A stretch of 32,000 nucleotides of DNA from Candidatus Moranella endobia PCIT (GCF_000219175.1 NC_015735.1:150001-182000), one strand, 5' to 3'. Positions 1 to 11,608 are shown, counted from the stretch's first letter. Made by a program: numbers and translations. Notes: generated by a model from the letters alone, not told the origin.

Positions 1-2401
1 GAAGACGCACATCTTCTGCTAATCGCTCCTCTTCAGCTAAAAGTAAACTATCTTTAGCAGCGCTAAGATCCAACCAGGCCCCGTACTTATCTCGATCGTG
101 AAACATCGGTCGTTTTTGAACGCGGAAATCAGCTGCGAATGGCAAGAACACAAGCGGGAACTCCAAACCTTTAGATTTATGCACTGTCATGATTTGTACC
201 AGATGACGATCGTTTTCCAGCCGCAATTGCTGATTAGTTTCCTGTGAATTAGGGGATGCAACCTGTAGCGCTAACCAACGGACTAGCGCGAATTCATTAT
301 CTACTATTTGCGTAGATGCTTCCTGTAATAGTTCACCTAGATGGAGTAAGTTAGTTAGGCGGCGTTCGCCCCCCTGGCTGGCTAATAAGCTTTCAGCGAT
401 GCAAAATTTTACCATTATTTTACGCAGCATCGGCAATATGCCATGTTTTTGCCAGTGCTGACGATAACCAGCAAAATCTTCAACCATTTTATTCCACAGA
501 CGCTCATCGTTATTCAATGTATCAATAGCGGTAGCATTTAACCCGAGCAGGCAGGTAGCCAGTGCCCGGCGCAGCTCATTCTTTTTCTCTGTCGTCAACA
601 CTGCCTGCAAGATCCATTGCAGTTCGCGCGCCTCGGGTGTATTGAAGACACTGTCACGGTTGGAGAGTTGCACTGCTGGAATCAGCAGTTCCGCTAGTGC
701 AGCATACACCAGTGCCGCCTCGCTGCGGTTGCGTACTAGCACAGTAATATCCGATGCTTGTATTAGCTGCTGCTTACCCAGTCGCCCTTCAAGCCAGGCT
801 TTGCCTTCACAGGCAGCGCATAGCAAATCTTGAATAGTAGCGGCACACTGGCGCGCCATGTATTGTTTATATTCACTTATGCCAACGCCGGCGCCCGGCT
901 GTAGCCAAATACGCAGCGCTGGCTGTGGCTGATGCTGCACTACCAAACGCAATGTTTGATTGACAGTAGCAGGCATCACTGGTAAAAATGGAATATCGCT
1001 GAAGATAAACGGCGACGGCAAGCTTTGGAACAAATGATTAACTGCATTTATCATCCCAGGCGACGAACGCCAGTTAGTATCAAGGGTATAGTGAGCATCA
1101 ACTTCATTCCTAGCGCACATATAAGTAAAAATATCAGCTCCGCGAAACGCATAGATAGCCTGTTTCGGGTCACCCATCAACAACATTCCACAGTTAGATT
1201 GACCAACGTAAATTTGACGAAAAATTCGGTACTGCTGTGGGTCAGTATCCTGAAACTCGTCGATTATCGCTACCGGATAGCGCTTGCGTACTGATTCAGC
1301 TAGAGCGGCACCGCTACTACCACCAGCCAACGCCTGATCCAGGCGGCTCAGTAAATCGTCGAATCCTATTTCATTCCGACGTTGTTTTTCTTGTTTTAAT
1401 GCCTGGCGGATTTCAATTAACGCCATGAAAAAAATTAGCTCACGAAGCGAGAGCCTGGACTGATAAAAAGCCTCCACAGCAGCAAATAACTCATGCCGAG
1501 GGGGTTCTCCGTCGGTGGTTTGTTCCTCCAGCACTGAGCTTTTAAACCGCGCCAATTCATTCGGTACCTGATCATCCACGGTCGGCTCACTCACCCAGTA
1601 ATCAATTTTTGCCAGCCAGGTCCGTAGATTATTGCTGCTGTATATCCGACGGTCTAGTTTATGGCTCTCTAGTAGCGTCATAAGCTCTAACGCAGACGTA
1701 CGCCATTGCTGTTTTAGGTCTGCAATAACAGCAATAATCCGAGCATGCCTAGCTAGGATAGACTCAGTTATATCTGGCGGATTACATACCATGGGCAATT
1801 CACCCTGTAAATAAGGCAGTAATTCAGCTAGTAGGTTTGCCGGCCCTTCCCAGTATTGTTGCACCATGCGCGCTACTTCCAGTGGCAACTTATGGCAATG
1901 GCTTCGCCAGAATTCAGCGCTTACCTGCTGATACAAGCAAGATTCATCATCCAGGAAAGTTTGCGGAAATAGTATGTTAGAAGTGACCGCGTTGTTTAGT
2001 ATGTGTTTGCAGAAGCTATGGATGGTATAAATCGTTGCATTGTCCATCTGCCTCTCCGCTGCCAGCAGATGTAATGCAGCTAGCCGCCGGTCGCTGATTT
2101 GTACCAGTATAGCAGCTAGTAGCGAATCATTGCTTTCACCGCGCATACAAGCTAGCATCAGCAAATGTATATTTGCGCGAATACGACTGCGTAGCTCTTT
2201 TGTTGCAGTATCGGTAAAGGTAACAACCAATATTTCTTCCACGCTCAATGGCCGTGGATACGCAGTCTCGCCGCCCAGCCCAAGTAGTAGTCGTAAGTAT
2301 AGAACAGTCAGGTTATAAGTTTTACCAGTTCCTGCCGACGCTTCGATCAAACGAGTGCCCTGCAGCGGTAACGTTAGGGGATTAAAGCTATCGAAGATCA
2401 T
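1..2401 (-). CDS. recB: Exodeoxyribonuclease V beta subunit RecB, N-terminal ~800 codons; gene continues past the left edge
   Basis: Reverse-strand translation from ATG at 2401: MIFDSFNPLTLPLQGTRLIEASAGTGKTYNLTVLYLRLLLGLGGETAYPRPLSVEEILVVTFTDTATKELRSRIRANIH..., with RecB-type Walker A (EASAGTGKT). I read the frame codon by codon from position 2 to about 2180 and translated the rest from the start, and saw no in-frame stop. It is absent from the ORF track probably because it runs off the edge. Confidence 0.93.
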   Translation of the reverse strand, partial: MIFDSFNPLTLPLQGTRLIEASAGTGKTYNLTVLYLRLLLGLGGETAYPRPLSVEEILVVTFTDTATKELRSRIRANIHLLMLACMRGESNDSLLAAILVQISDRRLAALHLLAAERQMDNATIYTIHSFCKHILNNAVTSNILFPQTFLDDESCLYQQVSAEFWRSHCHKLPLEVARMVQQYWEGPANLLAELLPYLQGELPMVCNPPDITESILARHARIIAVIADLKQQWRTSALELMTLLESHKLDRRIYSSNNLRTWLAKIDYWVSEPTVDDQVPNELARFKSSVLEEQTTDGEPPRHELFAAVEAFYQSRLSLRELIFFMALIEIRQALKQEKQRRNEIGFDDLLSRLDQALAGGSSGAALAESVRKRYPVAIIDEFQDTDPQQYRIFRQIYVGQSNCGMLLMGDPKQAIYAFRGADIFTYMCARNEVDAHYTLDTNWRSSPGMINAVNHLFQSLPSPFIFSDIPFLPVMPATVNQTLRLVVQHQPQPALRIWLQPGAGVGISEYKQYMARQCAATIQDLLCAACEGKAWLEGRLGKQQLIQASDITVLVRNRSEAALVYAALAELLIPAVQLSNRDSVFNTPEARELQWILQAVLTTEKKNELRRALATCLLGLNATAIDTLNNDERLWNKMVEDFAGYRQHWQKHGILPMLRKIMVKFCIAESLLASQGGERRLTNLLHLGELLQEASTQIVDNEFALVRWLALQVASPNSQETNQQLRLENDRHLVQIMTVHKSKGLEFPLVFLPFAADFRVQKRPMFHDRDKYGAWLDLSAAKDSLLLAEEERLAEDVRL

Positions 2402-2720
2402 CAGATGATCTGTTTCCTTTTCCAATATCTATATATCTATTATCGCGCGAGCAGCGCTTGTTATAGCGTGGACAACAGCAGTAACTAGTTTAATAGTTCA
2501 GCTTGAAAAGCGATTACAATAACTGAAACTATTATTGTTCACTCGTTACAACAAAATTATTCACTATAACTGAATAATCTTCATAATGTAGCAACAAGAA
2601 TGAAGATGGTGTCCAATCTTGTTTACACAGTGATTGATTATTATTGTTGGCTCCTCATGGAAGGCGGCTAGGTAATATATCATCTTCAATATGAGTAAAG
2701 AGATAGGTTAACGACTGTAG

Positions 2721-4205
2721 TTACTCACCCTCATGACACTTATTCCACGACCGCCCATCGCGGGTAATCATCGCGACAGAGGCTCTCGGCCCCCAGGTAC
2801 CAGCCTGATAAGGTTGCGGTACATCATTTACCGCCTTCCAGGCTGCAATAATTGAATCTACCCATTTCCAAGCTTCTTCTACTTCATCACAGCGAACGAA
2901 CAGCGCTTGAATACCTCGCATGGTTTCAAGTAATAGTCGTTTATAAGAGTCAGCTAGATGTTCCTGGTTAAAAGTATTAGTAAAACTTAGATTCAATTTC
3001 GTGGTCTGTAACCGGTGTTTATGATCTAAACCTGGAACCTTATTTAGAATCTGAATATCCATGCCTTCATCCGGTTGCAGACGGATAGTCAATTTATTCT
3101 GCGGTAGCTGCTGATAGGAATCCTGAAATAAGTTGAGTGCAGGCTGTTTAAAATAAACAACTACTTCGGAACATTTATTCGGCAAGCGCTTGCCTGTACG
3201 TAGATAAAAGGGCACACCTACCCATCGCCAGTTATCGATGTCGACACGAATGGAAACGAAGGTTTCGGTGCGACTGTTTTTATTCGCTCCCTCTTCTTCC
3301 AGATAACCTGGCACTAGTTTCCCATGCACGTACCCGCTGGTGTACTGTCCACGCACTGTAGTATCATGCACATTGCTATAATTTATAGGGCGTAGCGAGC
3401 GAAGAACCTTCACTTTCTCATCCCGGATACGGTCGGTAGTAAAATCTGATGGAGGCGACATGGCTATCATAGTTAGGATCTGCAACAGATGGCTTTGGAT
3501 CATATCCCGCATTTGGCCGGTTTGATCAAAATATCCCCATCGGCCTTCGATGCCTACTGCCTCGGCTACTGTAATCTGAACATGATCGATAGTGCGGTTA
3601 TCCCAATTTGAGGTGAATAGAGCATTGGCGAAACGCAGCGCCAGCAAATTGAGCACTGTCTCTTTGCCAAGATAATGGTCTATACGATACACCTGACTCT
3701 CAGTGAAATATTCTGCAACTTGATCGTTTATCCTATTGGAAGAAGTAAGATCGGTACCGAGCGGTTTTTCCATGACGACGCGGCTAGGTTTGCTGTTCAG
3801 CCCCGCAGCACCCAAGCCTTTGCAAATTGCCCCGAAGGTAGTAGGAGGCATGGCAAAGTAATTCACTGTCACTCTTGCCTGCTGATCTAGTTTTACACCT
3901 AGCCGACTAAAGTAATTAGTTTCATTAACATCAAGATTACAAAAATCGAAGCGAGTGCTAAGTGTCTTCCATACTTGGTCGTCAATATCATCATTCATGA
4001 AGGTTTCCAACGCTAAACGTACAACCTTGGTGTAAGTTTTGATGTCCCAGTCCGCACGTCCAACGCCGATAATACGTGTTTCCCGATGCAGTGCACCGGC
4101 TTTTTCCAGTTGATACAGAGAAGGCAACAACTTACGCCGCGCTAGATCGCCTTTTGCGCCAAAAATAACTATATCACAGGCCGGTATTGTTGATTTGACC
4201 ACCAT
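2721..4205 (-). CDS. zwf: Glucose-6-phosphate 1-dehydrogenase
   Basis: 494 aa ORF; IVIFGAKGDLARRKLLPSLYQLEKAG N-terminus, RIDHYLGKETVLN active-site motif, full length. Confidence 0.97.
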   Translation of the reverse strand: MVVKSTIPACDIVIFGAKGDLARRKLLPSLYQLEKAGALHRETRIIGVGRADWDIKTYTKVVRLALETFMNDDIDDQVWKTLSTRFDFCNLDVNETNYFSRLGVKLDQQARVTVNYFAMPPTTFGAICKGLGAAGLNSKPSRVVMEKPLGTDLTSSNRINDQVAEYFTESQVYRIDHYLGKETVLNLLALRFANALFTSNWDNRTIDHVQITVAEAVGIEGRWGYFDQTGQMRDMIQSHLLQILTMIAMSPPSDFTTDRIRDEKVKVLRSLRPINYSNVHDTTVRGQYTSGYVHGKLVPGYLEEEGANKNSRTETFVSIRVDIDNWRWVGVPFYLRTGKRLPNKCSEVVVYFKQPALNLFQDSYQQLPQNKLTIRLQPDEGMDIQILNKVPGLDHKHRLQTTKLNLSFTNTFNQEHLADSYKRLLLETMRGIQALFVRCDEVEEAWKWVDSIIAAWKAVNDVPQPYQAGTWGPRASVAMITRDGRSWNKCHEGE

Positions 4206-4388
4206 GTTATTCTCCTAGTGCAAGATGTTTAATCTGCTGACAGTGTCTTGATAAATTACACTCGGCTTTGTTTTCAATAGTGTTATTAATTGATAATCTT
4301 ATTGTTGTCTTACCGATTTGAAAGTTGGATCACAGTCAGCCTCTGGTTCACTACATTTAATTACTCATGCGTAGTTTATTTTGCTACA

Positions 4389-4417
4389 TTGGTAAATTAC
4401 TTATCATGCGGTATAAT
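4389..4417 (+). promoter_or_regulatory. Candidate sigma70 promoter for pykA
   Basis: TTGGTA (4389-4394) - 17 nt - TATAAT (4412-4417), upstream of pykA on the same strand. Confidence 0.45.
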
Positions 4418-4628
4418 GACATCTTAAAATAATTATAATAACAACAGCATACAACATGGAAGCAGTCGCGCCTTCTACAACAGCCTAACTAATAAACTAG
4501 CCAACGCACACAGAATATTACTAACAGGGGGAAGATTTGCAGCTAAAAACGGTTACACATATGATATGCCACCAGATTAGTCTGTTTGTTGAAACCACAT
4601 CATATTGACCAATTCACCGGAGTTATCC

Positions 4629-6071
4629 ATGTCCAGACAGCTAAGAAGAACAAAAATTGTCACTACTCTCGGTCCGGTAACCGATCGTGATAATAATCTT
4701 GAAAAAGTAATAAACGCCGGAGCCAACGTTGTTCGCCTCAATTTTTCACACGGTAGCGCAGAAGAGCATATCCTAAGGGCACAAAAAGTGCGCGATATTT
4801 CAGCCCGCCTCGGCCGACATATCGCGGTACTTGGTGATTTACAGGGGCCAAAAATACGCATTTCAACTTTTAGGGACGGGAACATTGTCCTGAAAGTAAG
4901 CGACAAATTTTTACTAGATGCTTCATTAGGCCGCGGTGAAGGTGACTGCGAACGTGTAGGCATTGACTATAAAGGTTTACCGGAAGATGTGGCGCCAGGC
5001 GATATACTGCTACTAGATGATGGCCGAGTACAACTGAAAGTGCTCGAAGTTCAGGGTATCAGGGTTTATACCCAAGTCACGGTAGGTGGGCCGCTGTCCA
5101 ACAATAAAGGTATAAACAAGCTTGGAGGTGGTTTGTCTGCTGAAGCTCTGACTGAGAAAGACAAATCAGATATCATTACTGCAGCAAAAATAGGTGTTGA
5201 TTACCTGGCGATTTCATTTCCCCGCACTAGTGAAGATCTTAACTATGCGCGCCGGCTGGCGCGTGAGGCCGGCAGCTATGCCAAAATTGTATCAAAAATA
5301 GAAAGAGCAGAAGCTGTGGCTACCGAGGAAGCCATGGACGAAATCATTCTCGCTTCAGATGTGGTGATGGTGGCAAGGGGCGACTTAGGTGTGGAAATCG
5401 GCGATCCAGAATTAGTAGGTATTCAAAAAACATTAATCCGCCGAGCCCGCACTCTTAACCGTGCCGTTATTACTGCTACGCAGATGATGGAATCAATGAT
5501 TAATAACCCGATGCCCACGCGCGCTGAAGTGATGGATGTTGCTAATGCGGTGCTAGACGGCACCGACGCGGTAATGCTGTCAGCCGAAACGGCAGCAGGG
5601 CGGTATCCAGCCGAAACAGTATCTACTATGGCAAGCGTTTGCCTTGGAGCGGAAAAAATTCCCAGTATTAATCTCTCCAAGCATCGGTTGGACGTGCAAT
5701 TTGACAATATTGAAGAAGCCATAGCTATGGCTGCTATGTATGCTGCTAATCATCTTAAGGGTGTAACAGCAATTATCTCAATGACGGAATCTGGCAGCAC
5801 CGCACTCATGATGTCCAGGATTAGTTCTGGTCTACCAATTTTTGCTCTATCGCGACACGAACATACCCTAAATCTTACCGCTCTTTATCGCGGCGTAACA
5901 CCAGTATACTTTGACGGCGATAGTGAAGGCGTGGCAGCAGCAATTAATGCTACTAATTTACTGAGAGATAAAGGTTTCTTGAAATCTGGTGATCTAGTCA
6001 TCATCACCCAGGGGGATGTAATGGATCTAGTAGGTACTACAAACACCAGTCGTATTCTGCGCGTCAAGTAA
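4629..6071 (+). CDS. pykA: Pyruvate kinase II
   Basis: The ORF opens at 4605, but [42 protein letters not shown] aligned with PykA suggests a start at 4629; full length to [10 protein letters not shown]. Confidence 0.96.
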   Translation: MSRQLRRTKIVTTLGPVTDRDNNLEKVINAGANVVRLNFSHGSAEEHILRAQKVRDISARLGRHIAVLGDLQGPKIRISTFRDGNIVLKVSDKFLLDASLGRGEGDCERVGIDYKGLPEDVAPGDILLLDDGRVQLKVLEVQGIRVYTQVTVGGPLSNNKGINKLGGGLSAEALTEKDKSDIITAAKIGVDYLAISFPRTSEDLNYARRLAREAGSYAKIVSKIERAEAVATEEAMDEIILASDVVMVARGDLGVEIGDPELVGIQKTLIRRARTLNRAVITATQMMESMINNPMPTRAEVMDVANAVLDGTDAVMLSAETAAGRYPAETVSTMASVCLGAEKIPSINLSKHRLDVQFDNIEEAIAMAAMYAANHLKGVTAIISMTESGSTALMMSRISSGLPIFALSRHEHTLNLTALYRGVTPVYFDGDSEGVAAAINATNLLRDKGFLKSGDLVIITQGDVMDLVGTTNTSRILRVK

Positions 6072-6084
6072 ACATCACACATGT

Positions 6085-6115
6085 ATCACGGCTGCTGCTC
6101 AACGCGAGCCGTGAT
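6085..6115 (+). terminator. Candidate terminator hairpin downstream of pykA
   Basis: ATCACGGCT (6085-6093) / AGCCGTGAT (6107-6115), perfect 9-bp stem with 13-nt loop, starting 14 nt after the pykA stop; only a weak T-rich stretch follows. Confidence 0.5.
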
Positions 6116-6269
6116 TATTAACAAATAAATGGCAGAAGCCCCTTTATAAGTAAGATTAGATGTTAGTGTTATTTACTGTGTTGTAATAATATTATTAAGT
6201 CTCGCTGACCTAGTAGAACTTAAGTTCTGCTGGTGCCGAATAAGTGGCTAGCCTGCATCTTGATTATGA

Positions 6270-6356
6270 CGATGAGGGAGGGATTCGAACCCTCGATACA
6301 CTTGTGTGTATACACACTTTCCAGGCGTGCTCCTTCAGCCACTCGGACACCTCACC
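6270..6356 (-). tRNA. tRNA-Ser(GGA)
   Basis: Reverse strand GGTGAGGTGTCCGAGTGGCTGAAGGAGCACGCCTGGAAAGTGTG...GAGGGTTCGAATCCCTCCCTCATCG; GGA anticodon, long variable arm, T-arm GGTTCGAATCC. No intact encoded CCA. Confidence 0.93.
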
Positions 6357-6520
6357 AAAAATTAACGACTTTTATGGAAACTGAATGTAGGGATTATACT
6401 CTTGAAGGTCAAGCATATTTGACTACAAAAATAAAAATGTCTTAGTTATTTATTGTTGTATCAAATTATGATGATGTGTAGTGCCAATGGTAGCAACTTG
6501 CCAGACATAAACAGCAAAAA

Positions 6521-7537
6521 CTAGCAGCACATCGCCGCTGGTAGCTTATTACCGCATAATAGCAGCACCAATGCATTTAACTCAGACCAAACAGGATAAT
6601 CATAATTATGCTTAAGTTCCAATTCAATCTTGGTCATCAACGCTACCGCGTCTCGCAACTGCAACATAGTAAGCCGCTTTAACTCTAACTGCGGCGTTAG
6701 CAGTAGTTGGCTATTTTGGCATAAATTGCTGATGTTAGCGCCTTGCAATTTGCCTTTCATTGTTAACGACTGTAGTACTAAGCGCTGAAACATGCGTACC
6801 AAGATGGTGGGATCCACTGCTTCTAGTTTTAGCTGACATAAAATGTGCACAGCACGTTTACTTTTGCCTGACAAAACAGCGTCGATTAATTGAAACGGTT
6901 GAAAGTGTGCAGCGTCGTTAACCACAGCTTCGACCCGCGACAGCGTCATACTCCCGTCTGGATACATTAGTGATAACTGGGCTAGCGCTTGGTCCAGCGC
7001 CAGCAGGTTGCCTTCATAGCAATAGCATAGTAGTTGGCAAGCAGCATTATCAAGCTTCATCTTCATACTGGTTGCTCGCTTAACCACCCAGCCAGGCAGC
7101 TGTCTCTGTGCTGGAGTGGTGCAGCTAACCAGTACTGCGTGTGGGCTAAGTGCTTTAAACCAGGTGCTGTTTTCCAAGGTGCTGGTCCACTTGCTGCCGC
7201 GCAGGATTAACAAGAGATCATCATGTAGCAAAGAAGCCAACTGAAGCATATTTTTTCCCATGTTGGCTGGAATGACGCCATCTGGCAAGAAAAATAACAG
7301 CATCTGACGGTTGGCGAACATACTGCGTGTTTGGCATAAGCTGAAAATGAAACTCCAGTCAGTACTGGCATCCAATGTGACGCGAAAATGTTCGTTAAAT
7401 TGTTTTGATTTTGCTTGGTTGCGAATACATTCCTGGCTTTCTCGCAAAAGAAACTGATCGTTGCCGAACAGCAAATAACAGGAGCATAATGAATCTTGTA
7501 ACTGCGCGCCTAACTGATCGGCATATAGTCGGATCAT
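6521..7537 (-). CDS. holA: DNA polymerase III delta subunit
   Basis: 338 aa ORF with HolA-like N-terminus (MIRLYADQLGAQLQDSLCSCYLLFGNDQFLLRES) and conserved leuS-lptE-holA order. Confidence 0.9.
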   Translation of the reverse strand: MIRLYADQLGAQLQDSLCSCYLLFGNDQFLLRESQECIRNQAKSKQFNEHFRVTLDASTDWSFIFSLCQTRSMFANRQMLLFFLPDGVIPANMGKNMLQLASLLHDDLLLILRGSKWTSTLENSTWFKALSPHAVLVSCTTPAQRQLPGWVVKRATSMKMKLDNAACQLLCYCYEGNLLALDQALAQLSLMYPDGSMTLSRVEAVVNDAAHFQPFQLIDAVLSGKSKRAVHILCQLKLEAVDPTILVRMFQRLVLQSLTMKGKLQGANISNLCQNSQLLLTPQLELKRLTMLQLRDAVALMTKIELELKHNYDYPVWSELNALVLLLCGNKLPAAMCC

Positions 7538-7598
7538 GACATCACCAGCCTTAAAAACAAAAGTTTTACAAGTTTTAGATTAGGACTGTGTCAATAGT

Positions 7599-8111
7599 TT
7601 AATTATTTGCTGACTCATGGGTATGTACCATTAGTAGTTTACGCACTAGCTGCTTCGCCAATTGCTGACGCAATTCCTGACGGATGATATTAACTTCTGC
7701 ATCTTTCGCTAGTGCTATCTGTGGGTTATTAAAAACAGCACTATTAACTTTCACCTCTATAGGGTAGTAATCTTTGCCGGGTGTAACAACTTGCGCTTGT
7801 ACGCCTAGCGTAATCTGATATTCGGCGGTTTTACCATTGTGGAATAATGAGGTGGCTACCTGACTTTCCGCCGACTGAATAATACGCAGAGACAACAGTG
7901 GATTATGATTAGCGGCGTCAATAATTTTGATGTTATTCATACGTAGCTCAGATAGCACACAGCGAGTAAGTGGCCCGTAAGGATCATAACTTTTTATGGT
8001 TATGGTGTTAATTTCGGTTGGTACTTGGGTAGTGGTGCAACGTAAGTAAGAACTACAGCCAGCGGTGATAGCAACAGCAAAACCCATTATCAGTACAGTC
8101 CAATATCGCAA
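7599..8111 (-). CDS. lptE: LPS-assembly lipoprotein LptE
   Basis: Lipoprotein signal with ITAGC lipobox; motifs TTQVPT, DPYGPL, NGKTAEYQ, NPQIALAKD; located between leuS and holA. Confidence 0.9.
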   Translation of the reverse strand: MRYWTVLIMGFAVAITAGCSSYLRCTTTQVPTEINTITIKSYDPYGPLTRCVLSELRMNNIKIIDAANHNPLLSLRIIQSAESQVATSLFHNGKTAEYQITLGVQAQVVTPGKDYYPIEVKVNSAVFNNPQIALAKDAEVNIIRQELRQQLAKQLVRKLLMVHTHESANN

Positions 8112-8125
8112 AATACCTCCTTCTG

Positions 8126-10711
8126 TTAACCTACGACCAAGTTAAGTAGTTTACCAGACACATAAATTACTTTACGTACCGTATTACTTTCCAGATATTT
8201 CGCCACATTTTGTTCCCGCAAAGCAAGTTCACGTACTAAGGCTTCATCAGCTTCTGCTGGTACGGTAATTTTGCCTCGTAGTTTACCATTGACCTGAATA
8301 ACAACCATTTTAGTCTCTTCCATCAGAGCAGATTCATCTGCGATCAGCCAAGGGGCGTTATCGATCTCCCCTTCGCCGCCCAACGCCCGCCATAGCATGA
8401 AGCAAACATGGGGTGTGAAAGGATAAAGCATTATTACAACTGCTAACAGGGCCTCCTGCAGCAGGGCTCGATCCTGCCCGGTCTGCTGCGGAGCGCGCGT
8501 TAGCTTATTCAGCAGTTCCATAATGGCGACGATGGCAGTGTTGAACATTTGGCGGCAGCCTAGATCCAAGGTTACCTTGGCTATAGTTTTATGTACTTCA
8601 CGACGCAGCTTCGTTTGTGCGTTGTTTAAGACTGTAATATCCAACGTACCTACTTGGCCCATCTGAGTATGTTCATACACCAGTTTCCAGACCCGTTTCA
8701 AAAATCGATTGACGCCTTCTACACCAGCTTCCTGCCATTCAAGCGTCATGTCGGCGGGTGCAGCGAACATCATAAACAAGCGAACGGTATCGGCGCCGTA
8801 TTTATTTACTATCTCCTGTGGATCGACACCATTGTTTTTCGATTTTGACATCTTGCTCATACCCGCATATACTAGTACGCGGCCAGTAGTATCTGTCGCT
8901 TTGAAAATTCTGCCCTGCTCATCGCGCTCTACACGGACCTCAACAGGCGATACCCAGACGCGCTCGCCGCTATCACCTAAGTAGTAGAAGGCGTCAGCTA
9001 GAACCATACCTTGACATAACAGGCGTTTCGCAGGCTCATCGGAGTTGACTAAGCCAGTGTCACGCATCAGCTTGTGATAGAAACGAAAATATATCAGGTG
9101 CATGATGGAATGCTCGATGCCGCCAATATATTGATCAACAGGTAGCCAATAGTTGGCAGCGCCAGGATCGAGCATGCCGCCGTCATAATCCGGGCAGGTA
9201 TAGCGTGCATAATACCAGGAAGATTCCATAAACGTATCGAAGGTATCGGTTTCACGCAGCGCCGGCTGACCGCAGTAATTAATCTTAGCCCAATCTTGTT
9301 GAGCTGATTTCAGCGGGCTTGAAATTCCGTTCATAACCAAGTCTTCTGGTAACACAACCGGCAATTGCTCTGCCGGCGTTGGTACAATGGTGCCGTCGGC
9401 AAGCGTTATCATCGGAATTGGCGCGCCCCAATAACGCTGGCGGGAAACCCCCCAGTCGCGCAGACGATAGTTTATCTTGCGCTTGCCAACTCCGCGTGCA
9501 ACCAATACATCAGCAATAGCATTGAAGCCGTCCTGAAAATCTAGACCATCAAATTCACCAGAATTGAATAGCACCCCTTTTTTGGTCATTGCCTTGGTGC
9601 TGATATCAGGCTCACTACCGTCGATATTGCGGATTACCGGCTTGATGGGTAAGTTATATTTACTAGCGAACTCAAAATCTTGCTGGGAGTGCCCAGGCAC
9701 CGCGATAACCGCTCCGGTACCATAATCCATTAGCACAAAATTGGCGATCCAGACTGGCAATTTCTCGCCGGTTAGAGGATGTAGGGCGTGCAGGCCGGTG
9801 GCAATTCCCTTTTTTTCTATTTTAGCCCTGTCCGCTTCTGCTACCTTGCCGGTGCGGCATTCCTGAATAAAGTATGCTAGCGCCGTATTTGATACCGCTG
9901 CCTGTAGCGATAGAGGATGACCTGCAGCCACCGCAACATATGTGACACCCATCAAAGTATCTGGACGGGTGGTGTAAACCGTGAGCGTTTCTTCACTGTT
10001 ATCGACCTGAAATGTTACTTCTACCCCTTCCGAACGGCCAATCCAGTTGCGCTGCATGGTTTTAACCTGCTCTGGCCAATTTTCTAGCTTTTCCAAATCA
10101 TATAGAAGTTCGTCGGCATAGGCGGTAATTTTCACAAACCACTGCGGGATTTCCTTGCGCTCAACCTTGGTATCACAGCGCCAACAACAGCCATTGAGTA
10201 CTTGTTCGTTCGCCAGAACTGTCTGGTCTTGTGGACACCAGTTGACCGACGAATGTTTTTTATATACTAGGCCTTTTTCATACAGTCGGATGAAAAACCA
10301 CTGTTCCCAACGGTAATATTCAGGACTGCAAGTAGTAATTTCACGATGCCAATCGTAACCGAAGCCCAGTAGTTTAAGCTGACGCTTCATATAAGTGATA
10401 TTGGTATAGGTCCAAAGCGCTGGTGCTGTGTTGTTTTTAACTGCTCCCCCTTCTGCTGGTAGGCCAAACGCGTCCCAGCCAATAGGCTGCAGGACGTTTT
10501 TACCTAGCATGCGCTGATAGCGGGCTATAACGTCGCCGATAGTATAGTTGCGCACATGCCCCATGTGCAGGCGGCCGGAAGGATAGGGCAGCATGGATAG
10601 ACAGTAGTATTTTTCCTTGCTCGGGTCTGCTTTAACCGTGAAAGTATCGTTTTCATGCCAATATTGCTGGACGGTTGGTTCTATATCTTCCGGACAGTAA
10701 AGCTCTTGCAT
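8126..10711 (-). CDS. leuS: Leucyl-tRNA synthetase
   Basis: [18 protein letters not shown]...[27 protein letters not shown]; HMGH and KMSKSKNN signatures and the TTRPDTLMG editing domain intact. Start assigned at 10711 rather than 10723. Confidence 0.97.
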   Translation of the reverse strand: MQELYCPEDIEPTVQQYWHENDTFTVKADPSKEKYYCLSMLPYPSGRLHMGHVRNYTIGDVIARYQRMLGKNVLQPIGWDAFGLPAEGGAVKNNTAPALWTYTNITYMKRQLKLLGFGYDWHREITTCSPEYYRWEQWFFIRLYEKGLVYKKHSSVNWCPQDQTVLANEQVLNGCCWRCDTKVERKEIPQWFVKITAYADELLYDLEKLENWPEQVKTMQRNWIGRSEGVEVTFQVDNSEETLTVYTTRPDTLMGVTYVAVAAGHPLSLQAAVSNTALAYFIQECRTGKVAEADRAKIEKKGIATGLHALHPLTGEKLPVWIANFVLMDYGTGAVIAVPGHSQQDFEFASKYNLPIKPVIRNIDGSEPDISTKAMTKKGVLFNSGEFDGLDFQDGFNAIADVLVARGVGKRKINYRLRDWGVSRQRYWGAPIPMITLADGTIVPTPAEQLPVVLPEDLVMNGISSPLKSAQQDWAKINYCGQPALRETDTFDTFMESSWYYARYTCPDYDGGMLDPGAANYWLPVDQYIGGIEHSIMHLIYFRFYHKLMRDTGLVNSDEPAKRLLCQGMVLADAFYYLGDSGERVWVSPVEVRVERDEQGRIFKATDTTGRVLVYAGMSKMSKSKNNGVDPQEIVNKYGADTVRLFMMFAAPADMTLEWQEAGVEGVNRFLKRVWKLVYEHTQMGQVGTLDITVLNNAQTKLRREVHKTIAKVTLDLGCRQMFNTAIVAIMELLNKLTRAPQQTGQDRALLQEALLAVVIMLYPFTPHVCFMLWRALGGEGEIDNAPWLIADESALMEETKMVVIQVNGKLRGKITVPAEADEALVRELALREQNVAKYLESNTVRKVIYVSGKLLNLVVG

Positions 10712-11116
10712 GTCAACCACCACCAGTGTTCCTTAAGCGAAATATGGTAACGCTCATACGTACAGCAAGCGTATTGAATAAAGTATAATATCATGATACT
10801 AAAAAGCTTAACCTATAGCTGAGTAGTAATATTCATGAGAGAGAGTCATTAGCTAGCGACTTTCTGTCGCTATTCGCGGCGCTTAGAGCGCATATTTAAC
10901 TAAAAAAAACATGCCGCCGCGTGTCCAACAAGTTAGAGCGCTAGACCATAGCGCTGAGCTAATCGGCGCAAATAATATTATACTTGAAACAGTAGGTTTT
11001 CATCAACCGCGATTAGCTGGCTAGTAAACTATCACAGACGATACCGTAGAAACTCAAAAAAGGTATCGTAATGAATAATGTAATAAACATTAACACCACA
11101 TATCTGCGAGTAATCG

Positions 11117-11608
11117 TCAATCTGTCTGGTAGTCTCTCGTGTGCAATTTAACACAATAGCCGATGTCATCATAATTAGGATAACCGGCGGCAATATGCGC
11201 CAGTTCATCACAGCGTTCATTTTCTGGATGCCCAGCATGACCCTTTACCCAATCCCAGCGTAAAGTATGAAGCTGAATTGCCATGTCTAGCCGTTGCCAT
11301 AAATCGATGTTTTTAACTGGTTTTTTTTCAGCAGTTTTCCAGCCTAGTTGTTTCCAAGTATGAATCCATTGTGTAATTCCTTGGCGAAGGTACTGACTGT
11401 CAGTGCTGAGTACGACCTGGCAAGCTTCTGTCAGCTCTTCCAGCGCGGCGATGGCCGCCATCAACTCCATACGATTATTGGTAGTCCGGTGATAACCTGC
11501 GCTAAAAGTTTTTTCATACTGTTTATAACGCAAAATGTAGCCATAGCCACCTGGACCAGGATTGCCCAGGCACGAACCATCGGTAAAAATTTTAATTGGT
11601 TTGCACAT
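11117..11608 (-). CDS. rnhA: Ribonuclease HI
   Basis: [28 protein letters not shown]...[10 protein letters not shown]...[11 protein letters not shown]...[18 protein letters not shown]; the ORF track extends 47 codons upstream without homology. Confidence 0.95.
   Translation of the reverse strand: MCKPIKIFTDGSCLGNPGPGGYGYILRYKQYEKTFSAGYHRTTNNRMELMAAIAALEELTEACQVVLSTDSQYLRQGITQWIHTWKQLGWKTAEKKPVKNIDLWQRLDMAIQLHTLRWDWVKGHAGHPENERCDELAHIAAGYPNYDDIGYCVKLHTRDYQTD

Noticed and set aside
642-2318. Several 60-92 aa forward-strand ORFs (642, 1025, 1237, 1632, 2040).
   Set aside because: They lie antisense to recB, have no recognisable homology and look like by-products of its codon usage.
1-2401. No long reverse-strand ORF listed for the first 2.4 kb, suggesting a pseudogene or gene-free region.
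   Set aside because: My codon-level read found no in-frame stop in the recB frame; the ORF is simply truncated by the window edge.
4577-6082. Reverse-strand ORFs over pykA (128, 99 and 65 aa).
   Set aside because: Antisense to a well-conserved intact gene; no independent evidence of coding.
6184-6228. Perfect 14-nt palindromes TAATAATATTATTA (6184-6197) and AGAACTTAAGTTCT (6215-6228); likewise AGACTTTAAAGTCT (18053-18066) and TATATTATAATATA (18105-18118).
   Set aside because: A few perfect 14-nt palindromes are expected by chance in 32 kb, more in AT-rich spacers; no positional or repeat evidence supports function.
10854-10891. Two small hairpins (TAGCGAC-TTTCT-GTCGCTA and GCGCT-TAG-AGCGC) between leuS and rnhA, possible small RNA or terminator.
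   Set aside because: Short stems, no clean U-tract or promoter pairing that I can defend; left unannotated.
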